Below, piece after piece: positions 1 to 8,148 of a stretch of 38,909 nt of DNA. The notes beneath the pieces were generated by a model. The model was not told where the DNA came from, made no database searches, and worked only from the letters and a program-made list of their open reading frames with translations. Position 1 is the stretch's first letter. Each line of letters opens with the position of its first letter. The position numbers and the translations under genes are program-made. The DNA is from Lachnospiraceae bacterium (GTDB lineage Bacteria > Bacillota > Clostridia > Lachnospirales > Lachnospiraceae). The stretch lies in assembly GCA_017473445.1 (NCBI GenBank), contig JAFUKS010000140.1, positions 1-38,909 of the forward strand, written 5' to 3'.

Positions 1-402
<402 letters not shown>

Positions 403-423
403 CTATAAATTATAGATAAACAA

Positions 424-1089
424 CTAGATTGTTACTGAAACCATACTATGTCTGACTACCGAATCACGGTATGTGTAACCTTTTAATAACTCCTGAGCAA
501 TAATACCTGACTCGTATTCATCACTCTCTGCCTGCATCACTGCATTGTGCAGATTGGGATCAAATTCACATCCCACTGCTTCAATGGGCTTCACTTCCAG
601 CTTTTCAAGCTCTGTCATCAGCTGCTTGTAAACCTTTCTCATGCCGTCCACAAAGGCATCCTCTTCATCCGCAGGATCTACTGTAGCAAATCCTCTTTCA
701 AAATTATCAACCACCGGAAGAATCTTTTCTATAATACTCTTTGCTCCGGTTTCAAACATGGCCTGCTTCTCCTTTTCCGTTCTCTTACGGAAATTCTCAA
801 ACTCAGCCATCTGGCGCATCACCTTATCCTCTAACTGGGCAATTTGCTCCTTGTAAGCTTCTTCCTTTTGTTTGGCCTGCTTCTTGGCTGCTCTCTTTTC
901 AGCCCAGCCGGTCTTACCCTCTCCTGAACTCTCTGCTTCTTCAGCAGCTTCAGTCTCTGTAGCATCAGCTTCTACTTCTTCATTATCTGCCTCTGCATCC
1001 TCCATATAAACCTCCTCAGCCATGGTCTCATCGGCTCCTGCCATACCATCACCGGTGATTTCTTCGGTCAAATCCTTATTGTCTGCCAT
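424..1089 (-). CDS. grpE: Nucleotide exchange factor GrpE
   Basis: AEFENFRKR, ILPVVDNFER, FDPNLHNAV and GY..D.VVRHSMV motifs. Start placed at MADNK behind a GAAAGG RBS. Confidence 0.96.
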   Translation of the reverse strand: MADNKDLTEEITGDGMAGADETMAEEVYMEDAEADNEEVEADATETEAAEEAESSGEGKTGWAEKRAAKKQAKQKEEAYKEQIAQLEDKVMRQMAEFENFRKRTEKEKQAMFETGAKSIIEKILPVVDNFERGFATVDPADEEDAFVDGMRKVYKQLMTELEKLEVKPIEAVGCEFDPNLHNAVMQAESDEYESGIIAQELLKGYTYRDSVVRHSMVSVTI

Positions 1090-1130
1090 TTTCTTCTTCC
1101 TTTCTATCTCAAACAACCGCCTATGGCTTG

Positions 1131-2165
1131 TTATTTGTCCTCTTCTTTGTATAGTTCATCCAACTGGTTCTGCAGATTCCGCAGGGTCCGGATAACCTTA
1201 TCATAATCCATCCGCTTGGGACCAATGATACCGATGGTACCCTTCATACCCTCACCCAGCTCATAGGTGGCCGTAACCACACTACAATCCTTCATACTCT
1301 GGACCGGCGTCTCATTTCCGATATATACCTGAATGCCGGTGCTGTTCTCATCCAAAAGGGTCTCCTGCACCAGTCCGGTAAGCTGCTGTTTCTCCTCAAA
1401 GGTATTAATCAGTTCGCTGGCCCTTTGCTGGTCTGCCAGCTCCGGATAACGGAAAATATTGTTGGTGCCGCTGGTATAAATCTCCAAATCCTCATCCGCT
1501 TTAATGGACTGTGCCACAGCATCGATGACCTCACTGACGATGTCGCTGTGAATACCCGCCTGCTGCTTCATGGTAGCTATCATACCCAGATTAATCTCTT
1601 CTATAGATAAACCATTGAGATTGGTATTTAGCAGGATGTTCAGCTTGAGCAAGGTCTCGTCGGAAAGTTCCTCATTGACCTCCAGGATATTGTTCTTTAT
1701 CACATTACCCTCTATCACAATGACTGCTAAAATATGGGAAGCGTCCACTCTGGACAGCTGAATGAACTTCAGCTTGTTCCGATGGGTACTGGGGGCGGAT
1801 ATCATGGTAGCATACTGGGTATTCTGTGCCAAAACCTTTACTACCTGCTTCAGCAAGGTCTCCATCTTGTCCTGACGCTCTACCAGCATCTCCTTCATCT
1901 CATCCACTTCCCGCTCCTTTTCAGCCATCATGGCATCCACATAAAAGCGGTAACCCATGTCCGAAGGAATACGGCCTGCGGAAGTGTGGGGCTGTAGGAT
2001 GTAGCCCATCTCCTCCAAATCAGCCATCTCATTACGAATGGTAGCGGAGCTCAGGTTCAAATCAGTATATTTGGAAATGGTCCTACTGCCCACAGGCTCT
2101 CCGGTCTCCAAATAGTTGCGGATGATGGCTTGCAATATCTTTGTTTTTCTCTCATCCAACTGCAT
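1131..2165 (-). CDS. hrcA: Heat-inducible transcription repressor HrcA
   Basis: EPVGSRT, SSATIRNEMADLE, HTSAGRIPS.GYR, GIIGPKRMDY motifs; CIRCE upstream. Confidence 0.98.
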   Translation of the reverse strand: MQLDERKTKILQAIIRNYLETGEPVGSRTISKYTDLNLSSATIRNEMADLEEMGYILQPHTSAGRIPSDMGYRFYVDAMMAEKEREVDEMKEMLVERQDKMETLLKQVVKVLAQNTQYATMISAPSTHRNKLKFIQLSRVDASHILAVIVIEGNVIKNNILEVNEELSDETLLKLNILLNTNLNGLSIEEINLGMIATMKQQAGIHSDIVSEVIDAVAQSIKADEDLEIYTSGTNNIFRYPELADQQRASELINTFEEKQQLTGLVQETLLDENSTGIQVYIGNETPVQSMKDCSVVTATYELGEGMKGTIGIIGPKRMDYDKVIRTLRNLQNQLDELYKEEDK

Positions 2166-2202
2166 CCCCTCACTCCTTTCATCCTATTTGCGGTTTTGAT
2201 TG

Positions 2203-2229
2203 TTAGCACTCAATCAAGGAGAGTGCTAA
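2203..2229. promoter_or_regulatory. CIRCE operator
   Basis: Exact TTAGCACTC-N9-GAGTGCTAA. Confidence 0.98.
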
Positions 2230-2243
2230 CACCATCTGTACAT

Positions 2244-2272
2244 AAAATATCACTGTCACTATATAATGTCAA
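2244..2272 (-). promoter_or_regulatory. sigmaA promoter of the hrcA operon
   Basis: TTGACA-N17-TATTTT with TGn extension, just upstream of CIRCE. Confidence 0.75.
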
Positions 2273-2320
2273 CTTCTTTTAAAGAAATTATTTGTGAAAA
2301 ATTTATAAAGTGCGCGAGCA

Positions 2321-2460
2321 ATGAGACATGCACAGGCGAGCAAAATATGTCTGCGGGAAGCTTGCTTACCGGCAGACATACTTTTGTGAGAATGTATACG
2401 GCGAATGCCGCGACACTCCCGGGGCCCCACCGGGGCACCGGGAGTGTCGGCATGTCTCAT
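2321..2460. other. Multi-stem structured non-coding element
   Basis: ATGAGACATGC (2321-2331) pairs with GCATGTCTCAT (2450-2460), enclosing hairpins at 2341-2386, 2399-2410 and 2411-2449. Confidence 0.65.
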
Positions 2461-2624
2461 GGCGGATTGTCGGCATGTCTCATGGCAGATGACTGGCATG
2501 TCTCATGGCAGGCCGTCGGCATGTCTCATGGCAGATGACTGGCATGTCTCATGGCAGGCCGTCGGCATGTCTCATGGCAGATGACTGGCATGTCTCATGG
2601 CGGGCCGTCGGCATGTCTCATGGC
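2449..2624 (+). repeat. Tandem array: 8 x GGCATGTCTCATGGC at 23-bp period
   Basis: Copies start at 2449, 2472, 2495, 2518, 2541, 2564, 2587, 2610. The 8-bp linkers are GGATTGTC then alternating AGATGACT / (A/G)GGCCGTC. Confidence 0.97.
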
Positions 2625-2720
2625 GAGCCACACAAAAATCAAAGAAAATATTTCAAATTTGATGAAATATCAGCGGAATCGTGTTACTATAAAATTAATG
2701 TACATCCAAAGGAGAAACTT

Positions 2721-3203
2721 ATGACTGATTGTGGATTTACCCAAGGAAATCAATGGTTCCGGTACAGAGCCGGTGCCATCATCATCGAAAAGGGCTGCGT
2801 GCTGTTTGCAGGCAATGCCAACGAGGACTACCTTTATTCCATCGGCGGTGGCGTACACATGGGCGAAACTGCCGAAGCTGCCGTAACACGTGAAGTATAT
2901 GAAGAAACCGGTGTCCATTATGAAATTGACCGGCTGGCAGTAATCCATGAGAACTTCTTCGATGAAAATACCGGCACCCTAAAGGGGCTGGATTGTCACG
3001 AAATCAGCTTCTATTTTCTGATGAAACCCAGGGGTACCCAGGAGCTACACAGTAATAGCTACAGCTACGGTGCAAAAGAAGAAATGCACTGGATTCCCAT
3101 TGAAGACCTGGATAAATACAAAGCATTCCCTACCTTTTTAAAGGAATATCTAAGCAAGGAACATACAGGCATTGAGCATATTGTAACCAATGAAAAGAAA
3201 TAG
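2721..3203 (+). CDS. NUDIX hydrolase (160 aa)
   Basis: Nudix box GGGVHMGETAEAAVTREVYEETG. AAAGGAG RBS at 2708-2714 supports a start at 2721 rather than 2505. Confidence 0.9.
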   Translation: MTDCGFTQGNQWFRYRAGAIIIEKGCVLFAGNANEDYLYSIGGGVHMGETAEAAVTREVYEETGVHYEIDRLAVIHENFFDENTGTLKGLDCHEISFYFLMKPRGTQELHSNSYSYGAKEEMHWIPIEDLDKYKAFPTFLKEYLSKEHTGIEHIVTNEKK

Positions 3204-3204
3204 A

Positions 3205-5004
3205 ATAATCTCTCGGAATCCTGAGTGATTATGGTCAGCTTAGCTGACAATGAACATTGAAAAGTTAATATTATCCGAAAAAGATAAAAAAGGACATGAG
3301 AAATAGACATAACGGTTGTCGCTATGCCGGGAAAGAGTGTATAATCTAAATAGGATTATGCCGTTTGTAGAATCAACTTTCTCAGGGCGGATTCATAGGG
3401 CAAATCCCATGCATCAAGATGCTGTAGCATCATGATGTGATAGAGGCGGCAGTACCACATCTTAGTAGAGCGGTGTCTGCCGTCTTCTAATTTAAAGTCT
3501 AATTTCTCACGTTTATTGGAACGTTCCGCAGAGGTTCTTGCGTTAAATTCCGTTTTCCATTCCTCACTGTCACGAGGTGGTATGTTAATCAATCTTGGAT
3601 TGTCTTTCATGGCAAGATGTACTGTTCTGCCGTACTTTGAATCAGAGCAGGGATGTTCACAGGAACAGCCGTGTTTTCTGCTTGAAAGCGGACATCTGAA
3701 CTTTAATCTGTGCTTGGATGGCTCGCAACCGTCATGATTCATACGAAGCCCTTCTTTACAGACAGGAACACCATCTTTTCCGATAGTGAAGTCATTTTTG
3801 TATTTGACTTTGATACCACGTTTTTTATTCAAATCAATGAAAGGTACGATGTTCCCGCGTTTACAGTATTCATAGATAGGCATTGCATCATGAGCGGAAT
3901 CCAAGAGTAACTTTGTAACATTGAAATCCGGAAGAAACGATTTCATTCTGAAAAATGTTTCCAGAAAGCAATGAGAATCGTGTTTTGAAGCTGGATTTAA
4001 AAAAGGGAAAACAGGAAGGTCACTTTCAGAATCGGATGCAACCAGCATATATAAATCGTATCCATGATACCAGCAGTCTCTGGAAGAATCCCATCCGATA
4101 TCACAGTCGGGTTGGGAAAAATATCTGTCACAGTTACAGTCAGAAATTCCCTTTTCAGCACAATCACAAATGCGATGGCTTCTCATTCTGTGAGAGGAAA
4201 CTACTGGAGTTCCGTCACCGGCTATAGCTAAAGAATCTTTGGTGATTAATCCTTTAGAAACAGACACATCAAGAAATTCATTTTTATAGATTTGAAGTAA
4301 GGAATGATAAGGCTGCTCCTTGGAAGAAAAGGAAGTGTTCTCAAGTTGAGGAAGTAATTCTGCAACCGTAACGTTTTCAACAGGTTCTGCTTTTGCACCG
4401 TTGTATTTCGGTTTCTTAACCTTGGTTTTGAGAGGGTGGATATGAGAAGAAAGGTTATTATCATCAGAATCCCATAAACGGTCAAAAAAATCATAAAAAG
4501 TACCAACACCCGGTGTATTTCCTACTTCAAAACCACTGAGTATGGCGTATAAAGGATTGATTTTAAGCTGAGCCGCCCAATCGGTTATGGAAGTAACCTT
4601 AAAGTCAATGGATAAAAGATAAGAGCGCTGCATACAGGAAGGAATTCTAGGAGCCGGACCGAATTTAGAGTATTTATCACGCAAAAGTACGTCAGTGTAA
4701 GATAAATCCAATGTCCAAAAACGTTCAATGATATCCCATGTAGAGCGAGCAATTGCATCTGGGTTAGGATAATATTTACGAAGATTTTTAATAACAAAGT
4801 TCTGGTAGTCGGAATGACTGCCGCAATTAACAGGTAACAAATAAAATCGCCTCCAATCGAAAAATATGTCTTATAAATAAGGGCGCGAAGCGCCGCATTT
4901 TTCGATGGATTTGTCAAGCGTTTTTGATAAAAAAGTGGGGGATTTTAATAAAAAAGGAATCTGAAAGCCTTATATTTACGAGCTTAAAGATTCCGAGAGA
5001 TTAT
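3205..5004 (-). mobile_element. Complete 1800-bp insertion sequence (IS4/IS5-like DDE, family unassigned)
   Basis: Perfect 16-bp TIRs ATAATCTCTCGGAATC (3205-3220) / GATTCCGAGAGATTAT (4989-5004); flanking TAGA direct repeats (3201-3204, 5005-5008). Confidence 0.92.
3356..4840 (-). CDS. DDE transposase
   Basis: AGDGT, WYHGYDLY, LLLDSAHD and YREK-like FNARTSAERSNKREK motifs. TTG start with GGAGG RBS; lies between the TIRs. Confidence 0.9.
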   Translation of the reverse strand: MLPVNCGSHSDYQNFVIKNLRKYYPNPDAIARSTWDIIERFWTLDLSYTDVLLRDKYSKFGPAPRIPSCMQRSYLLSIDFKVTSITDWAAQLKINPLYAILSGFEVGNTPGVGTFYDFFDRLWDSDDNNLSSHIHPLKTKVKKPKYNGAKAEPVENVTVAELLPQLENTSFSSKEQPYHSLLQIYKNEFLDVSVSKGLITKDSLAIAGDGTPVVSSHRMRSHRICDCAEKGISDCNCDRYFSQPDCDIGWDSSRDCWYHGYDLYMLVASDSESDLPVFPFLNPASKHDSHCFLETFFRMKSFLPDFNVTKLLLDSAHDAMPIYEYCKRGNIVPFIDLNKKRGIKVKYKNDFTIGKDGVPVCKEGLRMNHDGCEPSKHRLKFRCPLSSRKHGCSCEHPCSDSKYGRTVHLAMKDNPRLINIPPRDSEEWKTEFNARTSAERSNKREKLDFKLEDGRHRSTKMWYCRLYHIMMLQHLDAWDLPYESALRKLILQTA

Positions 5005-5025
5005 TAGACTTTACAGGAGGCTAAA

Positions 5026-5550
5026 ATGAATCCAATGGTATTTGCGGAAACGGAACGTTTGATTTTAAGAGGCTTTGCCCAAGATGATTTAACTGATTTA
5101 TTTGAATACTTATCTGATCCGGATGTGGTTGAATTTGAGCCTCATAAACCCATGTCTATGGATGATGCCAGAACCAATCTGAAATGGAAAATTTCATCCA
5201 ACGAAATGATTGCTGTGGAGCTGAAAAGCAATCACAAAGTGATTGGAAATGTCTATATGGGAAAAAATGATTATGAGACCTTGGAAATAGGATTTGTTTT
5301 CAATAAAGCCTATTGGCGGCAAGGATATGCCAAGGAAAGCTGTGAAGCATTAATTTCCAGCGCCTTTGGCCGTGGAATACATCGGATTTATGCCGAATGC
5401 GACCCGAAAAATATCAATTCCCGCAAATTACTGGAAGCATTGGGCTTTGAAAAGGAAGCACACCTGAAAAAGAATATCTACTTTTGGAGGGATGCGGACA
5501 ATCAGCCTATTTGGAAAGATACCCTTATCTACTCTAAATTGGCAGAGTAG
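5026..5550 (+). CDS. GNAT N-acetyltransferase (RimJ/RimL-like)
   Basis: ETERLILR, EIGFVFNKAYWRQGYAKE, N..S..LLE.LGF motifs; AGGAGG RBS. Confidence 0.9.
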   Translation: MNPMVFAETERLILRGFAQDDLTDLFEYLSDPDVVEFEPHKPMSMDDARTNLKWKISSNEMIAVELKSNHKVIGNVYMGKNDYETLEIGFVFNKAYWRQGYAKESCEALISSAFGRGIHRIYAECDPKNINSRKLLEALGFEKEAHLKKNIYFWRDADNQPIWKDTLIYSKLAE

Positions 5551-5603
5551 GCCCTAATCCGCAACCACCCGATTGCGAAAAATACCGAAAGGGAATTCAT
5601 TTT

Positions 5604-5900
5604 ATGAGCATCACAGTCAATCTATACTACACAGGTAAAAACGGAAGTGCCCGAGAATTTGCCAAAGAAATGATGGAAAAGGGTATCGTGGACGCGGTGC
5701 AGGCTGAGGAAGGAAATGAGCGATATGAATATTTCTTCCCCATGGAAGACCCGGAGACAGTTCTGCTCATTGACCGCTGGCGGGATCAGACCGCACTGGA
5801 CCTTCATCATAAAACAGATATGATGAAGCAAATTGCCCTACTACGGGATAAGTACCATTTAAAGCTACGGGTAGAACGTTATTTGGACGAGCCCCAATAA
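5604..5900 (+). CDS. ABM-family (putative quinol) monooxygenase
   Basis: 98 aa with AEEGNERYEYF...LLIDRWRDQTALDLHH pattern typical of ABM dimeric alpha/beta barrels. Confidence 0.8.
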   Translation: MSITVNLYYTGKNGSAREFAKEMMEKGIVDAVQAEEGNERYEYFFPMEDPETVLLIDRWRDQTALDLHHKTDMMKQIALLRDKYHLKLRVERYLDEPQ

Positions 5901-5939
5901 CCAACAAACGACTACAAGAAATTCCATTGGAGCTGCTAT

Positions 5940-6491
5940 ATGAGTTACATTACCACTTACACAGGAAAACATTTTGATCCCTTGGAGCCGGACATGGCTC
6001 AGGTGGATATCAGAGATATTGCCCACGCCCTGTCTCTTACTTGCAGAGGTAATGGACATGTGAAGACCTTTTTCTCCGTGGCACAGCATTGCATCAACTG
6101 TGCACTGGAAGCAGAAAAGAGAGGCTATTCCTCCCGACTGGTTCTGGCCTGCCTGATTCACGATGCCAGTGAAGCCTATATGTCAGATGTCCCTCGTCCG
6201 TTGAAACGCTGCCTGGGCGAGTACTGCCGGGCAGAAGACAAACTTCTGGATTTGATATATGAAAAATATTTGGGTACTTCTCTCACAGACGAAGAAGAAC
6301 AGTTGGTGAAATCCATCGACAATGATATGATGTATTATGATTTGAAAGAACTGCTGGGTGAAATCTCTGCTGAAAATGCACCTGCAATAAAGATTACGTT
6401 AAACTATGACTGGGTACCTTTTGAGCAGATAGAACAAAATTATTTAGCACTTTATGAAAAATGGAATAACCAACAGCCTAAATTTCACTAA
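5940..6491 (+). CDS. HD-domain phosphohydrolase (YfbR-like 5'-deoxynucleotidase)
   Basis: DIAHALS..CR.NGH, SVAQH, LIHDASEAY.SDVPRPLK motifs. Confidence 0.85.
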   Translation: MSYITTYTGKHFDPLEPDMAQVDIRDIAHALSLTCRGNGHVKTFFSVAQHCINCALEAEKRGYSSRLVLACLIHDASEAYMSDVPRPLKRCLGEYCRAEDKLLDLIYEKYLGTSLTDEEEQLVKSIDNDMMYYDLKELLGEISAENAPAIKITLNYDWVPFEQIEQNYLALYEKWNNQQPKFH

Positions 6492-6523
6492 AAAAAGGGG
6501 GGCGTGCGATGCACGCCCCCTTT
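6490..6523 (-). terminator. Intrinsic terminator, strongest on the minus strand
   Basis: GGGGGCGTGC-GAT-GCACGCCCCC stem; 7-U tail on minus, TTTA on plus. Confidence 0.85.
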
Positions 6524-6685
6524 ATGACTATTATTGATATCAATATGTCCCCTCACATCGTGTCGCTGCTTCGGTCCCTCCTACCATGCAGCAGTGAAAC
6601 AAACCATTTGTTCACATACACGCTCGACATCCTAGTCTAACCCCTCGTTTTGGTTATAATGGCCCTTATCCATTATACCTTCGGC

Positions 6686-6730
6686 TTAAAGCTTTCCGCC
6701 AAAAATCCAATCCCAAATTTCTTCAAACAT
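6686..6730 (-). CDS. 14-aa micropeptide MFEEIWDWIFGGKL (not in the ORF track)
   Basis: Minus strand AAGGAGAGGGAACG-ATG TTT GAA GAA ATT TGG GAT TGG ATT TTT GGC GGA AAG CTT TAA; strong RBS right after a promoter. Confidence 0.6.
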   Translation of the reverse strand: MFEEIWDWIFGGKL

Positions 6731-6771
6731 CGTTCCCTCTCCTTATCTGAATTTAATTTCTTTCTGAAATT

Positions 6772-6839
6772 AACATATCAAATTAATTTCTTTTTTTCAA
6801 TCACAACTCCCTAAACGGGATTTTAAAATGGTAAACGGT
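6772..6839 (-). promoter_or_regulatory. Promoter with upstream LytTR-type direct repeats
   Basis: TTGAAA (6795-6800)-N17-TATGTT (6772-6777) with TGn. Repeats ACCGTTTAC (6831-6839) and CCCGTTTAG (6811-6819), period 20. Confidence 0.65.
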
Positions 6840-6849
6840 GTGTTTTTCA

Positions 6850-8148
6850 CTATTTATTGACCTTCAACGTCACCATGGCACAGAAAAATTCCTCATTTTT
6901 CTCTATCTCCAATATGCCACCCTCGTCCTCCACCGTTTTCCGGACATTCCGCAAGCCCAGTCCATGATTCCGCTTATCCTCCTTGATTGTGTCAAAGGTA
7001 TTATCGGCCAAGCCTTTGCTTACTTCCGACAAGGTATTCTTTATTACGATTTGGAAATATTCCCTTCCCTGGGTAAAGGTGACCTCCAGCAAGGACGGTC
7101 CCTGACACCGGTTTAATTCCTCCACTGCATTTTGCAATAAATTAGCATAGATGGTACACAACTGCATCTGGTCCATGGTGGTCTGAATCCGCCCGGTAAC
7201 CTTTACTTCCACATCCGCTCCCAATGCATTGACATAATGGTTGGTCAGAATATCCAGTATATCATTGCCCGTGGAATAACACCGTTTTTGTATCTCCTCC
7301 ATCCTTTGCTGCATCTGGTACAGATAAGCCTCCACTGCCTGCAGATCCTTTTGCTCTACCAAACGTTCCAGACAAATCAGATGATTGCCCATATCATGCC
7401 GATACTTCCGGGTATCCTCTTCCCGTTCCAATAAAGTATTGTAATAGCGCACCTGCATATCTTTAATATGCTTTTCATTATCATACAATTCTTTTATTTT
7501 TTTATTGGTTCTATCTACGTAAACGGAAAACAATCCCAATGCACTCACACCAAGGTTTGCCAATATACATACCGCTAACGTCAGCCCTTGCAAAAGTTCA
7601 TTATCCACATGCTTTCCCACCCATTTCAGGCCGGCTATGGCAAAGAGTATAGCTATCGCCATGAATATGACTACATTTACGACATTCCGCTGAAACCAGG
7701 ACTTAATATCATTTTGGGACTTAGCAGATAATTGCTTTTTAAGGAGAACAATTATGCCAAACAGGAATAACTGCACCGTATATACAATCAACTGCTTGAT
7801 ATCATTGTTCATGGTCATCTTGGTAAAATGCAGGACACCATCTGCCAGTGCCAGCAAAAGCTCAGCCAGACAGTTGACAACAAAAAACAGAATCATGGTT
7901 CCCGTAATCCGTGCACCTATTTTTTCCTTGGGCACAATATAAATTACCGCAACCGACATACAGTGGTTTACCACTCTGGCAAAAGACAGATTATCGCATC
8001 CATATACCAACCAAAATATAATAAAAGCAACCATGCCTATCAAAGGTACATGGTACCGTCGCAAAACCTTCCCATAAAAAAGGTAATAGACCATATAGTA
8101 TGTTATTGTTTCTACCAAATAGATTACTAATAAAATACTTACCGTCAT
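6850..8148 (-). CDS. AgrC/VirS-like GHKL sensor histidine kinase
   Basis: Multi-TM N-terminus, RKYRHDMGNHL H-box, NLLQNAVE N-box, HGLGL G-box. Confidence 0.9.
   Translation of the reverse strand: MTVSILLVIYLVETITYYMVYYLFYGKVLRRYHVPLIGMVAFIIFWLVYGCDNLSFARVVNHCMSVAVIYIVPKEKIGARITGTMILFFVVNCLAELLLALADGVLHFTKMTMNNDIKQLIVYTVQLFLFGIIVLLKKQLSAKSQNDIKSWFQRNVVNVVIFMAIAILFAIAGLKWVGKHVDNELLQGLTLAVCILANLGVSALGLFSVYVDRTNKKIKELYDNEKHIKDMQVRYYNTLLEREEDTRKYRHDMGNHLICLERLVEQKDLQAVEAYLYQMQQRMEEIQKRCYSTGNDILDILTNHYVNALGADVEVKVTGRIQTTMDQMQLCTIYANLLQNAVEELNRCQGPSLLEVTFTQGREYFQIVIKNTLSEVSKGLADNTFDTIKEDKRNHGLGLRNVRKTVEDEGGILEIEKNEEFFCAMVTLKVNK

Larger units (their letters stand above)
6490..6765 (-). ncRNA. Candidate ~275-nt dual-function regulatory RNA
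   Basis: Own promoter (6772-6800), short ORF, several hairpins with AGGG-containing loops and a terminator. Boundaries are inferred. Confidence 0.5.

Noticed and set aside
2449-2624. CRISPR array
   Set aside because: Repeat is 15 bp, linkers are 8 bp and recur, and no cas genes are present.
2259-2720. ORFs over the repeat, including the 72-aa N-terminal extension of the NUDIX ORF
   Set aside because: Translations simply mirror the DNA repeat; a good RBS and extended -10 support the 2721 start.
6632-6673. Second mini-ORF MDKGHYNQNEGLD (minus)
   Set aside because: Weak RBS and the ATG is buried in a hairpin stem; better explained as RNA structure.
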